NCBI GenBank assembly: GCA_963744145.1
Contig: CAVUSO010000001.1
Location: forward strand, 5,120,001 to 5,184,000
DNA length: 64,000 bases
Direction of reading: 5' to 3'
From: an uncultured cyanobacterium
GTDB lineage: Bacteria; Cyanobacteriota; Cyanobacteriia; Cyanobacteriales; CAWUOF01
Positions 40,448 to 50,151 of this stretch are shown here, piece after piece (the stretch's first letter is position 1; each line of letters begins with the position of its first letter). The notes beneath the pieces were generated by a model that was not told the DNA's origin, made no database searches, and worked only from the letters and a program-made list of their open reading frames with translations. The position numbers and the translations under genes were made by a program.

Positions 40448-40773
40448 TTGGAAATCCTCATGTACTTGTTTGAAAATGGAGCCGATGGTTTCTCTGCATA
40501 CCTGTAGCAAGTTGCTGCTAAGTAGTTGTGGTGTGCAGGAGCATCTGAAAAAATCTTCTGGTAGTTATCAGGTTTTGTCGTGGGGAGAAAAAGGAGTTAA
40601 GAACGGACTTAAGATTTTCTGATAAAATCGTGAAAAGCTAGAGACAGAGAGACTTTCCTCACTGTCAAATTTAGATATTAAAATCCTTAACTACCTTAAA
40701 ATCGAGAATAAAGCTCTTATCTGCCGTAGGGATGACCCAAGTCCAAAAATTCTGATTTAAGAGACACAATTAC

Positions 40774-43110
40774 ATGACTCAACAAAAAGCAAGACGCGAT
40801 CGCGGTCGCATATTAACTGACAAAGGATTGAAAAAAGTCTGGGATGCTATCAACGAAAAATTTCCAGATAAGCCCACATTTCAAGCCATATCGGATCTGA
40901 CTGATCCATTGATCAATCCAAATTCCGTCTATTCTGTTTCTGTTGATACTGTTTCTAATATATTGAATCGACGAGCTGGGGCTGACAAAGTAAGGATTGA
41001 AAGCCTTTTTACTGCTTTTGGGCTAAAACTAGATGCAAATGACCATATTTCGGTCAAAGATTATGATTTTGCGGAGAGTGAAAGGGCGATCGCAATTCCT
41101 TTAGGGCCAAACATGAATTTTGTGGGACGTGAAGGGGCGATCGCTGATCTTAATACTCGTATTCAACAAGGTGCAAAAATTATCGTTATACAAGCATCTG
41201 GTGGTGTGGGCAAAACGACTTTAGCACAAAAATATCTTAGAGCTGGAAGTTTTGACTTGGTGTTGGAATTTCTGATGGCAAAGGAGAAAGAAAATATTAC
41301 CCCTGTTGAAAGTGTGATTGAAGAATGGCTGAAGTCGGACTTTCAGGAAGAACCTGGGCGGGAATTATCCATAATGCTAGGAAGACTGAAAAGACAACTC
41401 CAGACACGCCGAGTTGGGGTGTTAATTGATAATCTGGAACCCGCACTAGATGGACAAGGCAGATTTATTGAACCTCATCGTCGCTATGTTGAATTGTTGC
41501 GAGTTTTGGCAGACGATTCAGTACAGTCTGTGACGCTCATTACCAGCCGCGAACCTTTGGCTGAATGTGTAGGTGTTACCAAATATTCGTTACCTATTCT
41601 TGACTACAAATCCTGGCAAGATTTTTTTAGCCACCGCAATATTGATATAGATGAGACAACTCTAAAAGAAATCCATAAAGCTTATGGTGGTAATGCCTTA
41701 GCGATGACTATTTTATGCGAGCCAATACAACAAGATGGAGGAATGGTAGCTTATTGGCAAGAACATAAAGTTGAAGCTGACTTATTGGTGGAGCTAGCTG
41801 TAGAAAACCTTGTAAAAGAGCAGTTTAATCGTCTCGAAAAAATTGACCCCGAAGCATATAAACTTCTATATCGTTTGGGATGCTATCGCTATCAAGATGT
41901 GCCGAGAGTACCCAGAGAAGGTCTATTGTGCTTACTTTGGGATGTGCCAAAAACACACAATAGACGAGTTATTGAATCTTTGCGAAGTCGGTCTTTAGTT
42001 GAGTGTGAACAGGGAGAGTATTGGTTGCATCCAATTATTCGGATAGAGGCAATCAGACGATTAAGAACAAATAAAGATTGGGAGAAGGCGAATCGTAAAG
42101 CAGGGGAATTTTGGACAGAACATATTAAGACAGTTGAAACTGTAAAAGATGCACTAACAGCCTTTGAAGCTTACCATCAATATAGAGAAATTGGGGATTT
42201 TAATCTGGCTGGCAATGTTATTACTAACGAGAAAAATAATAAATGGAGTAATGAGGAATTAGGCCGTTCATTCCACAGATTCGGGTTATTGCAACAAATG
42301 AGTACTGCGATTAATAAAATAATAAATGACCTTAGTGACAATACGGATAAAGGTAGAATATATAATATTTTAGGTGATATTTATTGGTCAATCGGATATA
42401 TTAAGCATAGTATTGAAGTACATGAAAAATCTAAAAATATTGCAATTATTATTCAAGATAAAGAACTGGAAATTGTTGCTTATTTTAATATAGGGCTTTG
42501 TTGTATAGATTTATTAGAAATGCAACAAGCAGTAGATTTTTTTGAAAAAGTTATATTATTTTCAGAAAATACAGAATACTCTAAATATGGAGTCCAGTCA
42601 TGGTATTGCCTAGCATTTTTAAAATCATTTTTTGGCTTTAAACAAGAAGCATTTTACTTAGTTGAAAAGAGCCAAAATGAAATTATATTTGATGATTGGA
42701 CTGCATGGGCTAAAGGATCTAAGTTTTTATTTTTGGGTCAAACATACAATAATTTAGAAGAATCTGAAAAGTCTTGTGAAATGTATCACAAAGCAATAAC
42801 TTTTGCTGAAGAAAGTTATTATACTCAAATAAAAGCTAAAGCTCTCACAGGTTTAGCAGAGCTTTATCGAAAACAGAAAGATTTTCAATCTGCTCTTTTA
42901 AATCATTCAAAATCAATCGAACTTCTGGATAAAATTGGTGCTAAATGTGACTTGGCTGATGCCTACTATCAGCTTGCTTTAACTTATCAAAAGATGGGTA
43001 ATTCTGACAAAAGTCAAACTGAATTTCAAAAAGCAATTAAACTATTCAATGAAATAGAAGCACCGAAACAAGTTGCAAGGGTACAGCAGGCAATGGGTAT
43101 AAATTGTTAG
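40774..43110 (+). CDS. STAND-type protein: HTH-like N-terminus, NB-ARC-like NTPase, TPR repeats
   Basis: RGRILTDKG start; FVGRE, GGVGKTTLA, LIDNLE, ITSRE, GGNALA, WLHP; C-terminal TPRs. Confidence 0.88.
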   Translation: MTQQKARRDRGRILTDKGLKKVWDAINEKFPDKPTFQAISDLTDPLINPNSVYSVSVDTVSNILNRRAGADKVRIESLFTAFGLKLDANDHISVKDYDFAESERAIAIPLGPNMNFVGREGAIADLNTRIQQGAKIIVIQASGGVGKTTLAQKYLRAGSFDLVLEFLMAKEKENITPVESVIEEWLKSDFQEEPGRELSIMLGRLKRQLQTRRVGVLIDNLEPALDGQGRFIEPHRRYVELLRVLADDSVQSVTLITSREPLAECVGVTKYSLPILDYKSWQDFFSHRNIDIDETTLKEIHKAYGGNALAMTILCEPIQQDGGMVAYWQEHKVEADLLVELAVENLVKEQFNRLEKIDPEAYKLLYRLGCYRYQDVPRVPREGLLCLLWDVPKTHNRRVIESLRSRSLVECEQGEYWLHPIIRIEAIRRLRTNKDWEKANRKAGEFWTEHIKTVETVKDALTAFEAYHQYREIGDFNLAGNVITNEKNNKWSNEELGRSFHRFGLLQQMSTAINKIINDLSDNTDKGRIYNILGDIYWSIGYIKHSIEVHEKSKNIAIIIQDKELEIVAYFNIGLCCIDLLEMQQAVDFFEKVILFSENTEYSKYGVQSWYCLAFLKSFFGFKQEAFYLVEKSQNEIIFDDWTAWAKGSKFLFLGQTYNNLEESEKSCEMYHKAITFAEESYYTQIKAKALTGLAELYRKQKDFQSALLNHSKSIELLDKIGAKCDLADAYYQLALTYQKMGNSDKSQTEFQKAIKLFNEIEAPKQVARVQQAMGINC

Positions 43111-43146
43111 AAATTGGAGTTTCTAAGCCAATCCAGTTCAGTTAAT

Positions 43147-43222
43147 TGTAGGGGTGAAGCATGTTTAGCGACAATTGAGCGATCGAACGAGTAACATTAT
43201 ATCCGAATGATTCGCCCCTACA
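43147..43222. repeat. REP-like inverted repeat
   Basis: TGTAGGGGTGAA...TTCGCCCCTACA. Confidence 0.7.
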
Positions 43223-43359
43223 CTTAACCGTATTTAGTTATTATATAGCGATCGCACCGATCGCACTAATCCCCCAACAAATTTTAGTAATACTAAACTC
43301 CAGTAATAATATAATGACTAAATAATAGCAATTATGTCCCCAATCAAAAAATCAGGGCT

Positions 43360-43451
43360 ATGACCCAGCTTAAACAGCTATTTCAAAACTTTGAAGAGTA
43401 TTTGTCCTATGACGATGGTACAAAAAACCTGTAGGAGCTTTTTAATGGAGA
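43360..43451 (+). pseudogene. Uma2-family N-terminal fragment
   Basis: MTQLKQLFQNFEEYLSYDDGTKNL*ELFNGE. Confidence 0.65.
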
Positions 43452-43607
43452 ATGCTCAAGTTTTTGCAGTAGGATAAGCTAATACGCATCTAAATTTGAT
43501 CTTGCTACTATTGTTATAATATAGAGATGCCCTGGCAATTAGAGGGCATAAAAGTGTTAATGGATGAATACACTATCCATTTCGTCTAAGCTAGGTTGGT
43601 TTAAATA

Positions 43608-43928
43608 ATGCAAACTCAAGAACCCCTTAAGCAAAATCTACCCACAGAAAAATCCATTCGAGAACAAATTATTCAAGAGATTGAACAAACTCCCGACCCA
43701 ATTTTGGCGATCGCATTGGAATTTCTGCTATTTTTAAAGTCGCGATCGCCCCACTCATCTTTTTCCGTGCAAAAACCACCATCGACTGGAGCATCAATTC
43801 TCAAAACCCTAGAGCGAATTGGTAAATGGGAAGGAGATGATTTAGAAGAATGTTTAGATTTAATGTATAAATCTCGTAGTCGGATCTACATTCCTAGCAC
43901 TGATCGTGAAGATGGAGACTTGGAATAA
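43608..43928 (+). CDS. Putative antitoxin (DUF2281-like)
   Basis: IIQEIEQTPD...LEFLLFLK, STGASIL, GKWEGDDLEECL; immediately upstream of a PIN toxin. Confidence 0.75.
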   Translation: MQTQEPLKQNLPTEKSIREQIIQEIEQTPDPILAIALEFLLFLKSRSPHSSFSVQKPPSTGASILKTLERIGKWEGDDLEECLDLMYKSRSRIYIPSTDREDGDLE

Positions 43929-43942
43929 GGCTAAATTGGATC

Positions 43943-44398
43943 ATGTATTTGTTAGATACTAATCACTGTAGTTTAGCAATTCAAAATGAACCAAATATCC
44001 TTTCTAGGTTGGCGGAAATTGGCCAATCTCAGATCGCAACTTGTGTCATTGTAGAGGCTGAACTGATTTATATGGCAGAAAATTCCCAAAAAAGAAATAG
44101 CAATCTTAATCGAATAAATGAGTTTTTAAAAGATATTTATATCTACAAAATCGACTCAATAACTGCTGGCATTTATGGGAAATTTCATGCTGAACTGATG
44201 CAGAGATTTGGTCCGAAGGAAAGAAGTAAACGAAGGAGAACTCGTGTAATTGATCTAGGCTTTAGTCAACATGATTTATGGATTGCATCAATCGCCATCC
44301 AACACGGATTAACAATTGTTTCGACTGATCGCGATTTTAAAAGAATCCAAGAAGTAGGATCATTTGAAATAGAAACCTGGTATTCACATCCAACATAA
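43943..44398 (+). CDS. vapC: VapC PIN-domain toxin
   Basis: MYLLDTNHCS, EAEL, HDLWIASIA, VSTDRDF. Confidence 0.92.
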   Translation: MYLLDTNHCSLAIQNEPNILSRLAEIGQSQIATCVIVEAELIYMAENSQKRNSNLNRINEFLKDIYIYKIDSITAGIYGKFHAELMQRFGPKERSKRRRTRVIDLGFSQHDLWIASIAIQHGLTIVSTDRDFKRIQEVGSFEIETWYSHPT

Positions 44399-44453
44399 GT
44401 TAACCTTGGATAGATGATTAATTAAAGTATTTGCGATCGCTTAATAAAAACCG

Positions 44454-44513
44454 ATTGTGCTTGATCCTAATATAGTGTCTGAACTGATGCACCCCAACGG
44501 CTCGTCGGTAGTT
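44454..44513 (+). pseudogene. VapC N-terminal fragment
   Basis: IVLDPNIVSELMHP resembles the PIN start IVLDTNVxSEL. Confidence 0.5.
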
Positions 44514-44593
44514 GGTCAGCGATCGCTCTACATCATATAGAAGTTCGTGGGCAGTAAAAAAATGTAGTTACAATATATAGTGACAATCAAGGT

Positions 44594-44617
44594 ATGGACT
44601 TTGAATGGGATGAACAA
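44594..44617 (+). pseudogene. BrnT-type toxin N-terminal stub
   Basis: AAGG RBS then MDFEWDEQ, the typical BrnT start; very short. Confidence 0.45.
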
Positions 44618-44657
44618 CAAATTTACTTTTCGCAAATCTCAACCTGACTGGCAACGC

Positions 44658-44786
44658 TGATAGAACCAGAGCGAATTTTGTATTTAGCAGTTACGATAGA
44701 TATTTACGATGAATTTTTTAGTCGCAAATTTATTCAAAGAGTAATTGCCGAACATCAACTAAAATTACTGATCTTTAATTCTGAAC
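44658..44786 (+). pseudogene. xisH: XisH-family C-terminal fragment fused to the duplicated hlyD tail
   Basis: IEPERILYLAVTIDIYDEFFSRKFIQRVIAEHQLKLLIFNSE. Confidence 0.75.
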
Positions 44787-47230
44787 TTAGTGGTTATCAA
44801 TGGTCTTCTTCTCATGGTCCAGATTTGCAAATTACCACTGGAACTACTACTACAGCTCGAGTAACTGTAGGAGAACGGGCACCCATCACCTTTATTTTAC
44901 CATTTTTGAGAGCTAATACCGGAATTTATTAATATTTAGATTTTGCCAGGATGATGGAAAAGCTCCTCAACTATTTTAGGTCTTTTTATCTCCTATTGCT
45001 CAGGTTCAAAACGAAAATTCAAACATCTTTATTCCCAAACTTAAACCAGTATCGAAAACGGGAAAGAACTCCGACACTATTACAAATGGAAGCAGTAGAA
45101 TGTGGTGCTGCTGCTTTAGGAATTATTCTAGGTTACTATGGAAGAATTGTCCCATTAGCAGAATTACGCAAAGAATGTGGAGTATCAAGAGATGGTGCTA
45201 AAGCTTCTAATATTCTCAAAGCTGCTAAAAATTATGGACTTACCGGTAAAGGATTTAAAAAAGAGTTAGAAGCAATCAAAGAAATTCGCTGTCCTTATAT
45301 TGTATTTTGGAACTTTAATCACTTTTTAGTGGTAGAAGGATTTAGTAAAAAACGAGTTTATTTAAACGATCCAGCGACGGGACCTCGTCCTGTTACTTGG
45401 GAAGAATTTGACGAATCTTATACCGGAGTCATCCTGGTGATGGAACCAGGAGCAGACTTTGTTAAAGGTGGACGTAAACCTAATATTATCTTTGCATTAT
45501 GGGAAAGATTACGGGATTCATTAGGAGCGATCGCTTACTGTTTGTTAGCAGGATTACTATTAGTTATTCCTGGATTAGCTATCCCAGCTTTTACCCAGAT
45601 ATTTGTTGATCAAATTTTAATTCAAAACCGACAAGAATGGTTAAATCCCTTGCTTTTGGGTCTGAGTGCGACAGCTTTAATTCGGGGATTATTAGCTACA
45701 TTGCGGTTTAAATATCTCCGCTATTTAAAAATTAAACTAGCTGTCACCATGTCGAGTGAATTTATTTGGCATATTTTGCGTTTACCGATTAGTTTTTATG
45801 CTCAAAGATTTGCAGGGGAAATTGCCAATCGAGTCCGGATTAATGATCAAGTTGCTGATATCCTATCAGGTCAATTAGCGACAACTATTATTGATATGAT
45901 TATGATGATTTTTTATGGAATTGTCATGAGTGAATATGATTTAATTTTGACCATGATCGGGATTTTTTTCGCTAGTATTAATTTAGTCGCTTTAATGCAA
46001 CTATCCCGTTGGAGAGTAGATGCTAATTTACGGTTAGGACAGGAAGAAAGCAAAGCATCAGGATTTGCGATCGCGGGATTGCAAAGTATTGAAACTATAA
46101 AAGCATCTGCACTAGAATCAGACTTTTTTTCCCGGTGGTCTGGTTATTATGCTAAAACTATCAACGCTCAACAAGAACTAGACCTGCAAAACCAAGCATT
46201 GGGAACTTTACCAATCTTTCTAAATGCAATTACCTCGATTTTAATCTTAGTAATTGGTGGGTTACGAGTCATAGAAGGTAATTTGAGTATTGGGATGTTA
46301 ATTGCTTTTCAAAGTTTGATGGAAAGTTTTCTAGAACCAATTAACCGTTTCGTTAACTTGGGGAGTAAAATCCAAGAACTAGAAGGTGATTTAAGTCGTC
46401 TAGATGATGTTCTCAACAACCCCATTGATCCGCAAATGAAATTAATTGAGAACCAAACCCAATTATCCGGAACTGCTAGATCGACCACAACATTGATGGA
46501 CGATTATCGGTTACAAGGTTATGTGGAACTGCGAAATATTTGCTTTGGGTACAGTCCAGTTGATGCACCTTTAATAGAAAATTTTAATCTCCAAATCTAC
46601 CCTGGACAACGAGTAGCATTAGTAGGAGCAAGTGGTTCAGGAAAATCGACAGTTGCTAAATTAATTAGCGGATTATACAATCCTTGGGAAGGAGAAATTC
46701 TGTTTGATGGAATACTCCGGGAAGAAATTCCCCGAGCAGTCTTAATTAATTCGATCGCTATGGTAGATCAAGAGATTTTATTATTTGCTGGTACGATTCG
46801 CGAAAATTTAACTTTGTGGGATAATTCGATTCCCGATCGATATTTAATCCAAGCTTGTCAAGACGCAGCGATCGCTGATGTAGTAATCTCTTTAGAAGGT
46901 GGTTATGATGCTTACTTACTGGAAAGTGCAGGAAATTTAAGTGGTGGTCAACAACAGCGATTAGAAATTGCTCGTGCTTTGGTAAATAATCCCAGGATTC
47001 TGATTATGGATGAAGCAACCAGCGCTCTTGATCCGGAAACTGAAAAAATTATTGACCAAAACCTGCGACGACGCGGTTGTACCTGTATTATTGTCGCTCA
47101 TCGACTCACTACAATTCGTGATTGTGATTTAATTATGGTATTTGAAAAAGGAAAAGTAGTTCAACAGGGAACCCACCAGGAATTATGGGAAGAACAAGGT
47201 ATATATGCAGAATTAATTAGCAGTGAATAA
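44787..47230 (+). repeat. 2444-bp direct repeat, copy 2
   Basis: Matches 33428-35871; begins TTAGTGGTTATCA inside hlyD and ends at the ABC stop codon. Confidence 0.95.
44951..47230 (+). CDS. NHLM bacteriocin-system ABC transporter with C39 peptidase, copy 2
   Basis: 759 aa; 9 substitutions versus copy 1; all motifs intact. Confidence 0.95.
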   Translation: MMEKLLNYFRSFYLLLLRFKTKIQTSLFPNLNQYRKRERTPTLLQMEAVECGAAALGIILGYYGRIVPLAELRKECGVSRDGAKASNILKAAKNYGLTGKGFKKELEAIKEIRCPYIVFWNFNHFLVVEGFSKKRVYLNDPATGPRPVTWEEFDESYTGVILVMEPGADFVKGGRKPNIIFALWERLRDSLGAIAYCLLAGLLLVIPGLAIPAFTQIFVDQILIQNRQEWLNPLLLGLSATALIRGLLATLRFKYLRYLKIKLAVTMSSEFIWHILRLPISFYAQRFAGEIANRVRINDQVADILSGQLATTIIDMIMMIFYGIVMSEYDLILTMIGIFFASINLVALMQLSRWRVDANLRLGQEESKASGFAIAGLQSIETIKASALESDFFSRWSGYYAKTINAQQELDLQNQALGTLPIFLNAITSILILVIGGLRVIEGNLSIGMLIAFQSLMESFLEPINRFVNLGSKIQELEGDLSRLDDVLNNPIDPQMKLIENQTQLSGTARSTTTLMDDYRLQGYVELRNICFGYSPVDAPLIENFNLQIYPGQRVALVGASGSGKSTVAKLISGLYNPWEGEILFDGILREEIPRAVLINSIAMVDQEILLFAGTIRENLTLWDNSIPDRYLIQACQDAAIADVVISLEGGYDAYLLESAGNLSGGQQQRLEIARALVNNPRILIMDEATSALDPETEKIIDQNLRRRGCTCIIVAHRLTTIRDCDLIMVFEKGKVVQQGTHQELWEEQGIYAELISSE

Positions 47231-47404
47231 GACCTAATTGGTCAGATTAATTTTGTTGTCAATACTCGATGGCGATCGCTTCCCCTATTCTCTATAAAAT
47301 TATTCTCGTCACCAGCTTTCATCATGGCGATCAAGGAATAGTTAAATTTTGCAGTTGCACTCAGTGTACTATGGATAAAGGAATTAAGAGTAGAGTCCCT
47401 TCTC

Positions 47405-48835
47405 ATGAGTGCCAGCAGCAATTCAGGAAATATTGTATTTGGAACGGATGGATGGCGCGGGATCATTGCCCAAGATTTTACCTTTGCTAATGTGCGAAAG
47501 GTAACACGCGCGATCGCCGGCTATCTCAAAACCGCTTATTCCCAAGATCAACCAGTATTAGTCGCTTACGACACAAGATTTTTAGCAGATCAATTTGCAC
47601 GTAACGCTGCTGAAGTTTTAGTAGACCTAGGTTGGACAGTGAAAATTGTAGATCGCGATTGCCCCACACCCGTAATTGCCTACAACGCTCGCGCCCTTAA
47701 TTCCGCAGGGGCTCTGATGTTTACAGCTAGCCATAACCCAGCTCCCTATTGCGGCATTAAGTATATTCCTGATTATGCCGGTCCGGCTACTCCAGAAATT
47801 ACCGATGCGATCGTGGCTAATATACCATTGGCTGATGATGCCCCAGCATCTGGTCAAAATACCGATAAAATCTCCACCTTTGACCCTAAACCAGATTATC
47901 TCAAGTTTATCTATACTCTGTTGGATCTCGACCGGATTCGCAGTGCCCATTTAAAGGTCAAGTATGACGCGCTCTATTCTACTTCTCGTGGTTACTTAGA
48001 TGAGGTTTTAAACCAGTCCGGTTGTGAAACCGAAAGTTTCCATACTTATCGAGATGTATTGTTTGGGGGCGGAATGTCCGAGCCCAAAGGAGAACAATTA
48101 GTTGAATTAGTAGCCGCAGTAAAAAAAGATCAGGCTGATTTAGGTTTAGCCACAGATGGAGATAGCGATCGCTTTGGGATTGTGGATGAACAAGGTAATG
48201 TCCTGACTCCGAATACAGTGCTATTACTTTTGGCACGTCATCTGGTCAAAAATAAGGGTAAAACTGGTGCGATCGTTCGGACTGTAGCTACTACTCATCT
48301 TTTAGATAACTTGGCAGCGAAATACGGATTGCCGATTTATGAAACCGCAGTAGGCTTTAAGTATGTTGGCCAAAAAATGCGGGAAACCCAAGTATTAATT
48401 GGTGGTGAAGAATCTGGTGGCTTAAGCATTATTGGTCATATTCCTGAAAAAGATGGCATATTAGCTGATATGCTCGTCGCCGAAGCGATCGCCTATGAAG
48501 GTAAACCCTTGAGTCAGTTAGTGAATGAAGCCATCCGGGAAGCTGGTGGACCACTTTATAACCAACGTCTAGATTTACATCTCAGTGAAGCCCATAAAGC
48601 TGCGGTATTAGAGTTTTTTATTAAAACTCCACCCAGCGCGATCGCTGACATTCCAGTGAAAGAACTTGGTCGTAAAGACGGGATTAAGTTATACTTAGAA
48701 GATGGTGGCTGGGTGCTGTTGCGTCCTTCCGGCACTGAGCCTTTAATCCGAGTTTATTTAGAAACTAATTCTGAGCTAAAACAGACTCAAGTGGCCGAAT
48801 ATATGCAGAGCCTGATTAACAAATTAGGTAAATAA
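47405..48835 (+). CDS. Phosphoglucomutase/phosphomannomutase family protein
   Basis: FGTDGWRG, TASHNP, DGDSDR, GGEESGG, RPSGTEP. Confidence 0.95.
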   Translation: MSASSNSGNIVFGTDGWRGIIAQDFTFANVRKVTRAIAGYLKTAYSQDQPVLVAYDTRFLADQFARNAAEVLVDLGWTVKIVDRDCPTPVIAYNARALNSAGALMFTASHNPAPYCGIKYIPDYAGPATPEITDAIVANIPLADDAPASGQNTDKISTFDPKPDYLKFIYTLLDLDRIRSAHLKVKYDALYSTSRGYLDEVLNQSGCETESFHTYRDVLFGGGMSEPKGEQLVELVAAVKKDQADLGLATDGDSDRFGIVDEQGNVLTPNTVLLLLARHLVKNKGKTGAIVRTVATTHLLDNLAAKYGLPIYETAVGFKYVGQKMRETQVLIGGEESGGLSIIGHIPEKDGILADMLVAEAIAYEGKPLSQLVNEAIREAGGPLYNQRLDLHLSEAHKAAVLEFFIKTPPSAIADIPVKELGRKDGIKLYLEDGGWVLLRPSGTEPLIRVYLETNSELKQTQVAEYMQSLINKLGK

Positions 48836-48840
48836 TTCAC

Positions 48841-48864
48841 AGGGGCGTTCTCACTACGCCCCTG
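48841..48864 (+). terminator. GC-rich hairpin after the phosphoglucomutase gene
   Basis: AGGGGCGT-TCTCACT-ACGCCCCT; no clear U tract, may be REP-like. Confidence 0.5.
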
Positions 48865-48878
48865 AACGATTTACTATT

Positions 48879-49154
48879 ATGCAAGTTATCCCCAATCTAA
48901 TTGCAACTTTCATGATCGCGATTGGGATCATGGCGATCGCCATCCTCTCAGTCCAAAATGCGACACCAATAGAACTAAAATTTCTCGTTTTTAAATCCAT
49001 TCAAATTCCCTTGGGCATAGTTTTAGCCGGTAGTATTGCTGGGGGAACCTGGTTGGGAATTATGGTGCAAATGACGATCATCAACCATCCTGGTCTTGAT
49101 AAATTTACCGAGACTGAATCAAATTCTGCTCAAAAAGAAGATGAAGAGCGCTGA
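48879..49154 (+). CDS. LapA/DUF1049-family small membrane protein
   Basis: AILSVQNATPIELKFL...IPLGIVL; two TM segments. Confidence 0.8.
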   Translation: MQVIPNLIATFMIAIGIMAIAILSVQNATPIELKFLVFKSIQIPLGIVLAGSIAGGTWLGIMVQMTIINHPGLDKFTETESNSAQKEDEER

Positions 49155-49200
49155 TCAATTTGGGAGAATTGCTCTTCACTTCCATCGGGTTGATTGGTTG

Positions 49201-50136
49201 TTAAAATGAATATACTTGACCATCAATCAACAGACGAGTAATGCCTTTAGCTTGCAAATAAGGACCTGCCTTTTGGAGCATTCTCCCATCGGGAATTTTG
49301 ATGATTCGTTGAGCGCGAGTTGAGAAACGACGAGCTACCCGATGATTATCAAAAATCGGTAGAGTCTTTTCCATCACTTCTTGGTGAGGAATTTGGCCTA
49401 AGTCGCTAAATTCTTTGAGAGGACGAACAATTAATTCTGCCGAACGGTCTATTACTAGATAGCAGATTTTGGGAATCGCAGCTTCCGAAAGAGGTAAAAC
49501 CTGAACCGCCACACCTGGTCTGAGTTTACGCGGCCATAGGGGTAAATCATCAAAGGAATCATCATCTAAATCCTCATCATCTAAATCCTCATCTAAATCG
49601 CCTAGATCCTCATCTTCCCGATCTAACAGGTCTTCTCCCAACATTTCTTCATAGGCACCTGGCAGGGGATCGTAAACATCATCGAAGGGATCTAAACTCT
49701 CAACTACTTTCTTAGTCCGAACCTCAATTGGTGGTAATTGGGGTTTGATCACAGGTGTTTTTAATGGGGGTTCAAAGTTATTTGATTCCGGTTCAGAGAC
49801 AAGAGAAGAACGTTTTCTAATTCGGCGATTAGCAGGGGGTAAAGAGAAGTCAGAGTCTTCATCTAGACGCGACGACGTTACTCGTCGCGTCTGAACAGGT
49901 GATTCAACTGCTGATGCCTGACTTTCGACTGCACTACCGTGCGAACGAGAAGAGCGCTTTTTTTGCTCAACTAGACTGCCATATTCGGGCTCAGATAAGC
50001 TACTTTTCAGAATACGGCTAATCGTCGAATTACTAACATTATAGCGATTGGCTAGGGTCAGAGTAGTTTCCCCAGGCTGTCGATATAGATTGAGTATTTC
50101 GGTTTTGTCTGCATCAGTAAGTTTTCGAGAAGTCAT
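49201..50136 (-). CDS. Conserved cyanobacterial protein with N-terminal HTH and acidic linker
   Basis: ETTLTLANRYNVSNSTISRIL HTH; Asp-rich tract; C-terminal CYLVIDR...LPIFDNHRVARRF...GITRLLIDG. Confidence 0.75.
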   Translation of the reverse strand: MTSRKLTDADKTEILNLYRQPGETTLTLANRYNVSNSTISRILKSSLSEPEYGSLVEQKKRSSRSHGSAVESQASAVESPVQTRRVTSSRLDEDSDFSLPPANRRIRKRSSLVSEPESNNFEPPLKTPVIKPQLPPIEVRTKKVVESLDPFDDVYDPLPGAYEEMLGEDLLDREDEDLGDLDEDLDDEDLDDDSFDDLPLWPRKLRPGVAVQVLPLSEAAIPKICYLVIDRSAELIVRPLKEFSDLGQIPHQEVMEKTLPIFDNHRVARRFSTRAQRIIKIPDGRMLQKAGPYLQAKGITRLLIDGQVYSF

Positions 50137-50151
50137 GCCGCGTACTTTGCC

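Noticed and set aside
44678..44932. 84-aa ORF as a novel gene
   Set aside because: Chance in-frame fusion of an xisH fragment with the duplicated hlyD tail.
49201..50136. Possible transposase because of its N-terminal HTH
   Set aside because: No DDE or HUH motif and no terminal repeats; sits among housekeeping genes.
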